From a virus (Duplodnaviria; Caudoviricetes), in the IMG/VR virus record IMGVR_UViG_3300048898_000130, positions 1-42,992 of that record: a stretch of 42,992 nucleotides of DNA. The stretch is one strand, 5' to 3'. The notes below the pieces were generated by a model. It had not been told where the DNA came from. It saw only the letters and a list, made by a program, of their open reading frames with translations, and made no database searches. Every line of letters starts with the position of its first letter. The first letter of the stretch is position 1. Positions 8,753 through 15,605 of this stretch are shown one piece after another. Both the position numbers and the translations under genes were made by a program.

Positions 8753-10303
8753 GTGACCTTCACGCCGCGCTCGGTATTGCCCGACCCGGCGAAAGATCCG
8801 GCAGGGTTCGCGCGCGCACTGGTCGAGATCCAAAAGTCGATCGCGCAGGACCTGACGGCGCTCAATCAAGCGCCCTTCATCACGCCGCCGCTCGGCTCGA
8901 ACGTCGTCGCACGCGAGAACACCTGGATTCGCTGCCTGCCGCCTGCTGCGGGCATGGTCGTGATGCTGCCCACGCCACGAGCCGCGAACGCCACCGAATA
9001 CATCGCGCTATTCGTCGACAATGTCGCCACCGGCGGGACTGTCACCGTGCGGGCCATCGATGGCCTAGTCAACGGCGTGACCTCCGTCACGCTCGCGGCT
9101 GATGGCCTCAGCATCTTCTACTCCAACGGCAAGGATCGCTGGAGCGTCAATGCTGGAGTTACGGGTCCCACGGGTCCCACTGGGCCGACCGGACCTACGG
9201 GCCCCACTGGCGCAACGGGGGCCACCGGAGCCACGGGCACGTTCGTCGGCGCGACCGGCTCAGCCAACGGGTATGCGTCTAAAAATACATACACCTCTGC
9301 CAATTCGGTACTCACCTTCACCTCGGCTACCGATATCCCCGACGGTGACGACTTTCTCCACATCCTGGAGGGCGGAGGAGGTGGTGGCGGTGGTGGCCGG
9401 GGCAACGTCTCCAGTAACGTGAACTGCGGCGGCGGCGGCGGCGGCGGAGGCGGAGCGCGCAAGACCTGGCGGACCTCGCGTGCGCAGCTCGTGGCGATGC
9501 TGCCCATCACCGTCACCATCGGCACGGGCGGCACGGGCGGCAACGGGGGGTCCACCTCGGGCGTAGTGGCCAACGGCACCGACGGCGGCGCTGGTAACAA
9601 CAGCACTTGGTCCGCCAACGGCGTGGTGCAGGTCATCGCGGGCGGTGGCGGCTTTGGCGTGGGCGGGCCTGCGGCTAACACCGGAGGCGGGGGCGGGGGC
9701 GGAGGCGGGTGGCACTCGGTAGGGGGCAATGGCGCCTCCAACTCTGGGGGAACTGGCGGAACACCTCTGGCGGGAAGCGGTGGGACCACGACCGGCGGCA
9801 CCAGTACCTTCGGCGGAGGAGGTGGCGGCGGTTCGCAGAACGTCGGTGGACCGAGCTGTTGGGGCGGCGGGGGCGGCGGAGGCGGGTCGGCGAATGTCGG
9901 CACGGCTGGGCAGGTCGGTGGGCTGTCGAGCTGTGCCGCAGGCGGAGGCGGAGGCGGAGGCGCCTCTAACGCCAGCGGCGCCGCGGACGCGTCCTCCGCT
10001 GGCGGCACCGGTGGTGGCCACGAGGCGGCTTCTGGTGGCTCCGCTGGCCCTTCGGGGGCGGCTACGCCCGGCGGCACCGGCGCAGATTCAAACGAAATCG
10101 TGGGGGCTACCGGCGGCGGCGGCGGCGGCGGGAAGTCCACCGGTGGTGCCGGTGGCACCGCCGGTCGTGGCGGCGATGGTGGCTCCGGTGGCGGGGGAGG
10201 CGGGGGAGGAGGCTCGTCTACTGGCGATTCCGGTACCGCGGTCGGCGGGCGCGGCGGCGACGGCGGCTCCGGGCGTTACATCCTGGTGGGCTTACCGGGC
10301 TGA
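8753..10303 (+). CDS. Collagen-repeat and glycine-rich fibre-like virion protein
   Basis: (GPT)x5 then (GAT)x3; C-terminal ~300 aa of poly-Gly tracts bracketed by ILEGGGGGG and GGSGRYIL. Confidence 0.7.
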   Translation: MTFTPRSVLPDPAKDPAGFARALVEIQKSIAQDLTALNQAPFITPPLGSNVVARENTWIRCLPPAAGMVVMLPTPRAANATEYIALFVDNVATGGTVTVRAIDGLVNGVTSVTLAADGLSIFYSNGKDRWSVNAGVTGPTGPTGPTGPTGPTGATGATGATGTFVGATGSANGYASKNTYTSANSVLTFTSATDIPDGDDFLHILEGGGGGGGGGRGNVSSNVNCGGGGGGGGGARKTWRTSRAQLVAMLPITVTIGTGGTGGNGGSTSGVVANGTDGGAGNNSTWSANGVVQVIAGGGGFGVGGPAANTGGGGGGGGGWHSVGGNGASNSGGTGGTPLAGSGGTTTGGTSTFGGGGGGGSQNVGGPSCWGGGGGGGGSANVGTAGQVGGLSSCAAGGGGGGGASNASGAADASSAGGTGGGHEAASGGSAGPSGAATPGGTGADSNEIVGATGGGGGGGKSTGGAGGTAGRGGDGGSGGGGGGGGGSSTGDSGTAVGGRGGDGGSGRYILVGLPG

Positions 10304-10306
10304 CCC

Positions 10307-10549
10307 TCAGCTGGCCTGCGGCGCGCGGCAGAAGAAGTAGACGGTCTTCTCCGGCCCCTTGATCCGGTATTTGACCGTGAGCATCAGCGCGTTCTCGGTG
10401 CACTGCTTTTGCGTGTCGAACAGGTACACCGTCTCGACGGATCCTGGCTCGCCTTCATAGCCACGGATGAGCAGCGTGCGATCGGTCGGGTCCTTGGCAA
10501 AGGACGTGGCGGAAACGAAACAGAGAGCGAGAGCGGCGAGGTAGCGCAT
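10307..10549 (-). CDS. Small exported protein, 80 aa
   Basis: MRYLAALALCFVSATSFA signal peptide; two Cys in mature part; GAGGG upstream. Confidence 0.7.
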   Translation of the reverse strand: MRYLAALALCFVSATSFAKDPTDRTLLIRGYEGEPGSVETVYLFDTQKQCTENALMLTVKYRIKGPEKTVYFFCRAPQAS

Positions 10550-10593
10550 GCCCTCGGGGAACGTCCGGAGCACGGCAGGCTGAAGCGAAATCG

Positions 10594-10884
10594 TCACCCT
10601 TCCGGCTCCGGCTCCCCCTTGTCGGAGAGCAGGACCTGGGTCACCCGGAGCTCCATCGGGATCTGCCCCCGATAGCGTGCCAGTTCCACGCTCTGAGCCA
10701 GGCATTTCTTGCGCCAGGTCTCGGCTTTGATCTCCTCCGCCGTCGCACGCGTCCGGGCGGCGCCGAGCTTTTTGCGCAACTGGTCCTCTCGCCTCCAGCC
10801 TCCCCGGGCCACGTACGCAACCAGGCCGAGGCACGCGACCAGCAGGATCACATGGGCCCACACCGGCATTAGCGTCGCCAGCAT
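10594..10884 (-). CDS. Single-TM membrane protein with coiled-coil tail
   Basis: Hydrophobic VWAHVILLVACLGLVAYVA then charged helix; CATACT 5 nt upstream of ATG. Confidence 0.6.
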   Translation of the reverse strand: MLATLMPVWAHVILLVACLGLVAYVARGGWRREDQLRKKLGAARTRATAEEIKAETWRKKCLAQSVELARYRGQIPMELRVTQVLLSDKGEPEPEG

Positions 10885-10967
10885 TCTTCAGTATGCCACG
10901 GTGAAACACCGGTTCGGTGTGACGAAATGGCCCTTGACCTGGGTCGAGCGTCACCCTTGGGTGCAAA

Positions 10968-10996
10968 TTGACCCGCGTGCCGGAACGGCGCACACT
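10968..10996 (+). promoter_or_regulatory. Sigma70-type promoter of lysis cassette (probably leaderless)
   Basis: TTGACC-N17-CACACT ending 5 nt before ATG 11002. Confidence 0.5.
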
Positions 10997-11001
10997 GGTC
11001 C

Positions 11002-11211
11002 ATGCTGAAACGAGTCGCTCTCGCGGTAGTGGTCGGCATCGGTGTCGTGCGCGGTCTCGCCGGGTGCGGCGCTCCCCAGCTGGTCGAGTGCCGGGTCGCC
11101 GCGGTGTCGTTCCTGCCGTCGGATCCGATGGCAGTCACGCCCTACGACGTGCAGGACCTGGTCGGGCGCTTGAACGCTTGCAAACAGGGTCCGGGCGATG
11201 CCGGACGATAA
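11002..11211 (+). CDS. Small lipoprotein (o-spanin-like candidate)
   Basis: Signal peptide with LAGC lipobox; next to endolysin. Confidence 0.6.
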   Translation: MLKRVALAVVVGIGVVRGLAGCGAPQLVECRVAAVSFLPSDPMAVTPYDVQDLVGRLNACKQGPGDAGR

Positions 11212-11647
11212 GCGCCTGCCTCCCCCGCTGCCGCCACGTCCCATCGTGCCAGAGCCCTTCCGGGACCTGACCGAGACCCCCGCGCCCGAGTCGATCCGGA
11301 TGCGGTCGACGCCCCCGAGCGGGAGCCTGCTCCTCCGGCGAGAGGTGGAGCGATTGAGTGAGGACCCGAAGGACGCCGAGATTCGCGACTTGCGCATGAC
11401 GAACGTCCTGTACCGCGAGCGGCTGGCAGCGGTGCAGGCGTCGATGCCCAATACCTCCCCGTCCCTCACTCCCGAGGCGCCGAAGAGCCGTGCGGTAGTG
11501 GCAGGGAAGGCCGCTCTGAACGTCGGCAAGTACACCGCGGTCATCGTCGGGGTCTTGGGGCTGGCCGTGCAGGTGGCGAGCCTGTGGCGGCCCGATCTCG
11601 TGGGCCCGCTGCAGACCTTGCTGAAGCTGTTTGGGGTGCCGCAGTGA
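11198..11647 (+). CDS. Membrane protein, holin candidate
   Basis: C-terminal TM AVIVGVLGLAVQVASLW; directly upstream of endolysin. Confidence 0.5.
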   Translation: MPDDKRLPPPLPPRPIVPEPFRDLTETPAPESIRMRSTPPSGSLLLRREVERLSEDPKDAEIRDLRMTNVLYRERLAAVQASMPNTSPSLTPEAPKSRAVVAGKAALNVGKYTAVIVGVLGLAVQVASLWRPDLVGPLQTLLKLFGVPQ

Positions 11648-12234
11648 GCCCGGAGGACCTCCGCGAGTTCCAGCGCGCCCACGTCGACCCGTTCGGCAAG
11701 CCGCTCACCCCCGACGGCGTCAACGGCCCTAAGACGCAATGGGCGCTCGACCTGTTCAGCTGCAGCCCCCGCCGGCGAGCCATCGTCGCGCGAGCTCAGT
11801 CCGCCCTGGGAGTCACCGAGGAACCCCCAGGCAGCAACCGGGGCCCCCGAATCGACGAGTGGCTCCAGCGCTGCCACGTCTCTACCGGTCAGCCCTGGTG
11901 CGCGGCGTTTGCGTCCTGGTGCCTGGACACGGTGGCGATTGCGGGGGCCCTGGCGCTCGGGGATCACTTCCTGCGCACGGCCAGTCCGCTCCCGGGTGAC
12001 GTAATGTGCTTCCCTACCGGGGGCGGCAAGGGCCACTGTGGTATCGTGCTGGGGGTGAGCGCTCACGAGGTCATGACGATCGAAGGCAACTGCTCGGACG
12101 CCGTCCGGGTGGTGCGGCGAGCTCGGGACTTGGTGCGGTTCGCGAGCACGGGTGACGACGAGATGCCGCTGGCTTGCCCCGCCTCGGTCGTCTCGGTGCC
12201 GTTCATGGCGACCAGCGTGGAGGGCACGCGGTGA
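11644..12234 (+). CDS. Endolysin: peptidoglycan-binding motif plus CHAP-like amidase/peptidase
   Basis: FQRAH...LTPDGVNGPKT; GSNRGP, PWCAAFASWC, GHCGIV, TIEGN. Confidence 0.85.
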   Translation: MSPEDLREFQRAHVDPFGKPLTPDGVNGPKTQWALDLFSCSPRRRAIVARAQSALGVTEEPPGSNRGPRIDEWLQRCHVSTGQPWCAAFASWCLDTVAIAGALALGDHFLRTASPLPGDVMCFPTGGGKGHCGIVLGVSAHEVMTIEGNCSDAVRVVRRARDLVRFASTGDDEMPLACPASVVSVPFMATSVEGTR

Positions 12235-12669
12235 AGCTCTGCGAGACCCTCCAGCAGCGCTGGCAGGCGTGCAGTGGGCGCGTCTACGGTGAGGAGATGG
12301 TGAGCGACTTCAGCCTGTGCAACCTCTGGCGCCGGAGCTGGCTCGGTCGCCGCCCCTGCACGTCACCGCGGCGTAGCCAGTGCCGCGCAGGGGGAAAGCC
12401 GCCTCCCATACTTGGCACGTGTGGGAGAACGGCAACGGCGGGCGACACCTGGAGCAGATCAGCCCGTTCCACGGCGAGGCCGTCGCGGAGATCCTCGCGG
12501 AGCGGGGCGAGCTTGCCGCAGCCCTCGCGGTCGAGCTCACGTGAGCTCGCGCCCCGGGCCCGGCCTCCCTCGCGGAGAGCCGGGCCCGCTGCATTTGGGG
12601 GCGGCTCATTTCGGCGATCGATTTTCGCGAGCTGCTCCAGGGTCGCCGCGAGCTGTCGTTCTGATGGGC

Positions 12670-12903
12670 ATGACACAACGACAAGTCGCCGCAGCCGAAC
12701 GCAAAGCCGCCCGCGCCCGCATCGCGCAAGCCCAGGCCGAAACCCGCGCCGTGGTCGCGACGGGCTGTTGCCCGGACTGCGGGCGCAAGCTGCGGCGCAA
12801 TCTGAGCCTCACGGGCTGGTGGCAATGCTCGCAATACGGGTCGGAACAATTCCGCGTCGAGCCCGCCCAGCCCGCGTGTAGTTGGCAAGGTTTCACCGAG
12901 TGA
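12670..12903 (+). CDS. Small zinc-ribbon protein
   Basis: CPDC...WWQC...ACSW; starts right after repeat copy 1. Confidence 0.7.
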   Translation: MTQRQVAAAERKAARARIAQAQAETRAVVATGCCPDCGRKLRRNLSLTGWWQCSQYGSEQFRVEPAQPACSWQGFTE

Positions 12904-12914
12904 CACCTGGGCGC

Positions 12915-12970
12915 CGGTTGCGCGATCCGCGACCGGTTGCGCGATCCGCGACTGGTTGCGCGGATCGCGC
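12915..12970. repeat. 19-bp tandem repeat (two copies plus one with inverted core) forming a hairpin
   Basis: CGGTTGCGCGATCCGCGAC at 12915 and 12934; 12939-12950 is the reverse complement of 12959-12970. Confidence 0.8.
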
Positions 12971-13148
12971 CCGTTTCCGGGGCGCCCCGGATCGGCGATC
13001 GATTTTCGCGGCGCGGCTCCAGGCCGGGCGCGGCGCGCCGTTCTAGATCGGTGCGCAAACCGATCTCTCGAAATCCCGAAATGGGGCACGCAAAACGGGA
13101 CACACGATTTTCGCTCCAGGATCGGCGCGAGCTGTCGTTCTGATGGTC

Positions 13149-13553
13149 ATGAGCAACGCAGCACGCAAAATGACGGCCGAAACCCTACTCGACACCGCGC
13201 TAACGCACGTCGAGTCGGTGTCGGTCCGCCGCTGGGCGACGACCGAACACAATCGGCCCATTTTCATCCAGATCGCGGAGGGCGCGATCAAAAAATCGGG
13301 CGGCTCGCCCGACGTGCACATGTTCGCGGCGTACATCGTTCATGATCCTCCCCGCCCTCATCGGAGCCGCCCGCGCGGTGGTCGGAGCAGCCCAGCTCGT
13401 CGGCGAAGGGGTGAGCGGTCTGTGGAGCCTGGTCCAGGCGGCCAAGCGCGGCACGCTACCGGCCAACGTGCGGCTGGATGCGACCGAACCCTTCCCGCTC
13501 AGCCACAAGGATGCCGAACGCATCGCAGAGGCAGGCAGGCGGGCAGGGCATGA
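13149..13553 (+). CDS. Hypothetical protein; only the first ~65 codons look genuine
   Basis: Starts after repeat copy 3; after ~13342 it reads as the off-frame of the next gene. Confidence 0.45.
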   Translation: MSNAARKMTAETLLDTALTHVESVSVRRWATTEHNRPIFIQIAEGAIKKSGGSPDVHMFAAYIVHDPPRPHRSRPRGGRSSPARRRRGERSVEPGPGGQARHATGQRAAGCDRTLPAQPQGCRTHRRGRQAGRA

Positions 13554-13611
13554 GACCGAGACGAGGCCGGAGATCCGACCCCCGGCGCCGAAGTCCAGCC
13601 GGTATGACTAG
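13342..13611 (+). CDS. Hypothetical protein with hydrophobic N-terminus
   Basis: MILPALIGAARAVVGAAQLVGEG; GC3 bias. Confidence 0.55.
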   Translation: MILPALIGAARAVVGAAQLVGEGVSGLWSLVQAAKRGTLPANVRLDATEPFPLSHKDAERIAEAGRRAGHETETRPEIRPPAPKSSRYD

Positions 13612-13811
13612 GCTTTCAGTTTCTGCCCATCGAAGCCCCCGGCTCCGCCCGTTACCCCGGCGTTGACATTGGCACTCTGAGTGGTCGACCCGCCGCCTAC
13701 AATCCGGCCGTCCTTCTCGATGCTGTAGCGGTGACCTTTGGAGAGCGCTAGCTCGATGAGCGCCTCCATGTCTGGGCCCTCTTCGATGTGGATGATCAAT
13801 CGAGTGTTCAC
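13608..13811 (-). CDS. Hypothetical protein, 67 aa
   Basis: GTG start at 13811 after purine-rich leader; protein-like composition. Confidence 0.5.
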   Translation of the reverse strand: MNTRLIIHIEEGPDMEALIELALSKGHRYSIEKDGRIVGGGSTTQSANVNAGVTGGAGGFDGQKLKA

Positions 13812-13857
13812 GATTCGCTTCCCGTTCCTTCCGGTACGACTGACGGACCCGAGCCCC

Positions 13858-13966
13858 GCGCGCTGTGCTGGAGTCGAAACCAGCATGTCGTCCGATGCCT
13901 CGGCTTATGGCAGCCATCCGGATGCCTCCGCTGACCTTCCAGTCAGACCTAGCCAAAACAGCGCGC
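13858..13966 (-). ncRNA. tRNA-like structured element (no CCA)
   Basis: 9-bp closing stem GCGCGCTGT/ACAGCGCGC; abutting T-arm-like hairpin TGCTGG-TTTCGACT-CCAGCA; hairpin CTGAC-TGGAAG-GTCAG; GGCT-GCCATA-AGCC hairpin. Confidence 0.5.
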
Positions 13967-13979
13967 AGGCTCCGATCCG

Positions 13980-14177
13980 CTAGTCCCTGTCCGCCTGCTC
14001 TCCCTGATGCCGTTTGATGTCCCGCTCGAGCCGGGCCAGATGCGCTACCACGCTCGGCTCGTCGATGGTTCCGAAGCGCACGGCAGCGGCCTTCACCGTC
14101 TCGTAGTACCGCCACGTGAGACGCTCGGGGTCCTGGTTGGTGCCGTGCAGTTCGGTCCCGCGCAAATGGTCGCTCAC
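13980..14177 (-). CDS. Hypothetical protein, 65 aa
   Basis: GTGA overlap with upstream minus-strand gene. Confidence 0.55.
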   Translation of the reverse strand: MSDHLRGTELHGTNQDPERLTWRYYETVKAAAVRFGTIDEPSVVAHLARLERDIKRHQGEQADRD

Positions 14178-14350
14178 CCCTCCCTGCGCACCAGCCGCAA
14201 CCTCGGCCGTAGCTTCGGGGCCCACCCCTGCCAGAGCGCCTCTGCCCGCTCCTGCTCGACCCGGGCGTAACACTCCGGGCACAGGCTGAGCAGCGTGCAG
14301 TGGCAGCCCTCCTGGCGGGGCTCGGTGTGGTCGAGGGTGGCGGTGGTCAT
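14174..14350 (-). CDS. Small Cys-rich protein
   Basis: CHC...CPEC; GGAG SD. Confidence 0.6.
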   Translation of the reverse strand: MTTATLDHTEPRQEGCHCTLLSLCPECYARVEQERAEALWQGWAPKLRPRLRLVRREG

Positions 14351-14369
14351 GGTCGCTGCTCCGTGAATA

Positions 14370-14471
14370 GGCGTTGAGCGGTGGGTTCCTAGCGCAGCTG
14401 GTGCCGGGTTACTTTCCATCCCGGAGTGGTCCGCGGGTCCTTGTCCATGTGCTCCGGCGCCGCTCAACGCC
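14370..14471. ncRNA. Intergenic structured element closed by a 12-bp perfect stem
   Basis: GGCGTTGAGCGG (14370-81) / CCGCTCAACGCC (14460-71); internal CCGGG...CCCGG hairpin. Confidence 0.45.
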
Positions 14472-14487
14472 GCCGGCAAGTCTTGAT

Positions 14488-14564
14488 TGGTTGCGGTCAC
14501 GGGATTCGAACCCGTCCACCCTGGCTTATGAGGCCGGGCAGGTACCAGACTCCCGCAGTAGGCG
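14488..14564 (-). tRNA. Degenerate tRNA-Met(CAT), initiator-like, 77 nt with encoded CCA
   Basis: T8, D arm CGGG-AGTCTGGTA-CCTG, anticodon loop CTCATAA, T arm ACGGG-TTCGAAT-CCCGT, 3' end CCGCAACCA; acceptor pairs 4-6 mismatched. Confidence 0.75.
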
Positions 14565-14683
14565 CCCCAGGGTTCCTTTAACAGGGATGACCCGGGGCAG
14601 AAGAGACGCCCGGACCGCACGGGGAAGGGATGCGATCCGGGCTGGACGATCGGGGGCAGTCTAGCGCGGGGAGCGGGTGGGCG

Positions 14684-15049
14684 TCAAATCGGGGGCTTCA
14701 GCACCGCCTTCGCCGCGTCGTAGAAGTCCCCGAGAATGACCCCGCCGTGCTCGCGGTTTCGGAAGCGCTGTTCCGCCCGGTCGAGTTCGGCGCGGATGCT
14801 AGCCAGCGCAGTATCCGGCATCAGCATGTCACGCAGGGCCTTACGGTCCTCCAGGCTCGGGACGCGATCCAGGTGAACCATGGGCGGTCGCTCCTTCAGC
14901 TCCCGCACCTCCCCCTGCAGGCGATCGTGGATGCGCAGGAGCTTGGCGACCTCGTCCTCGACACCGCGGATGCTTGAGGGGCCCGTCACGGAGACGTAGA
15001 CCTCGAGTTCTCGGCGCTCCTCCTCGGTGAGGGATTCGGGTGGGGTCAT
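14684..15049 (-). CDS. Hypothetical protein
   Basis: GGAGG SD, ATGA coupling. Confidence 0.65.
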   Translation of the reverse strand: MTPPESLTEEERRELEVYVSVTGPSSIRGVEDEVAKLLRIHDRLQGEVRELKERPPMVHLDRVPSLEDRKALRDMLMPDTALASIRAELDRAEQRFRNREHGGVILGDFYDAAKAVLKPPI

Positions 15050-15207
15050 GGCTTCGCCTCCTTCGGCTTGTCGCGCAACGCGTGGCGAATCTCTCGCAGT
15101 TCAAAGTCGATGTCCTGCAGGGCGTGAACGATCCGCGCGAAACCGACGACCAAGATCGCGGCCATCGTGATTAGGATGCCGGCAACGAACGGGACGCCGA
15201 TGATCAT
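15046..15207 (-). CDS. Small single-TM protein, 53 aa (not in ORF track)
   Basis: MIIGVPFVAGILITMAAILVVGFA...; ATGA overlaps on both sides. Confidence 0.65.
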   Translation of the reverse strand: MIIGVPFVAGILITMAAILVVGFARIVHALQDIDFELREIRHALRDKPKEAKP

Positions 15208-15476
15208 CGCCTCGGTACCTTCACTCCGGCCGCTACGAGCCGGTCTCTCTCTGCCTTCACTCTCGCCACCTCTGCCTCCAGTTCCGCGACCCGCGTCGGG
15301 TAATGAATGCCGAGCTTCACCGCTGCGCTGTCCTCGAGCACCAGGGTCCGCAGGTACTCACTCATCGAGACCCCGCGCTTGCGTGCCAAGTGTGCCATTA
15401 GCCTACGCTCCCCAGGGGTGACCCTCGATTGAATCACGACCGTTGACGGGACACTCTTTTCCAGCCGCTTCGACAT
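15204..15476 (-). CDS. Ribbon-helix-helix DNA-binding protein with C-terminal coiled coil; candidate repressor
   Basis: VIQSRVTPGERRLMAHLARKRGVSMSEYLRTLVL pattern; divergent from xis/int operon. Confidence 0.75.
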   Translation of the reverse strand: MSKRLEKSVPSTVVIQSRVTPGERRLMAHLARKRGVSMSEYLRTLVLEDSAAVKLGIHYPTRVAELEAEVARVKAERDRLVAAGVKVPRR

Positions 15477-15485
15477 TCGTATCAC

Positions 15486-15496
15486 ATTGTACTACG
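15486..15496 (-). promoter_or_regulatory. -10-like box CGTAGTACAAT, 9 nt before ATG
   Basis: Same 11-mer and spacing at 23576-23586 on +. Confidence 0.6.
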
Positions 15497-15567
15497 GCAG
15501 AAGTCCTGGCGCGTCCAGTCACCCCGGCTACACTGCCTACATGCGCTGCCTCAGGCGTACCAATCGT

Positions 15568-15605
15568 GTCACATGTCGCGGATTGCCCTTGTGCCGACAC
15601 GTGAC
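15568..15605. promoter_or_regulatory. Inverted repeat, candidate operator
   Basis: GTCACATGTCG (15568-78) / CGACACGTGAC (15595-605), 10 of 11 complementary. Confidence 0.45.

Larger units (their letters stand above)
12611..13151 (+). repeat. Three copies of a promoter-like motif CGATTTTCG...CTCCAG-N16-CGTTCT
   Basis: CTCCAG at 12635, 13017, 13114 and CGTTCT at 12657, 13039, 13136; spacer is 16 nt in all three. Confidence 0.8.

Noticed and set aside
8753-10303. Diversity-generating retroelement or invertible fibre cassette
   Set aside because: No reverse transcriptase, template/variable repeat pair or invertase recognised
12231-12600. Possible small genes after the endolysin (GTG 12231 on +, or a Cys-containing ORF 12310-12540 on -)
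   Set aside because: No frame has convincing composition or SD; left uncalled
12611-13151. CRISPR array or hammerhead ribozyme
   Set aside because: Repeats are degenerate with irregular, gene-containing gaps and no cas genes; CTGATGG is not the CTGATGA core and no matching GAAA junction was found
13845-14487. Y RNA, tmRNA or theta/HDV-like ribozyme identity for the structured elements
   Set aside because: No Ro60 gene, no tag ORF or CCA end, and no nested double pseudoknot could be traced by eye; needs an Infernal scan
14488-14564. tRNA fragment as the attP core
   Set aside because: It is full length and diverged rather than a host-identical 3' half, lacks arm repeats, and a better att architecture exists at 17298-17508
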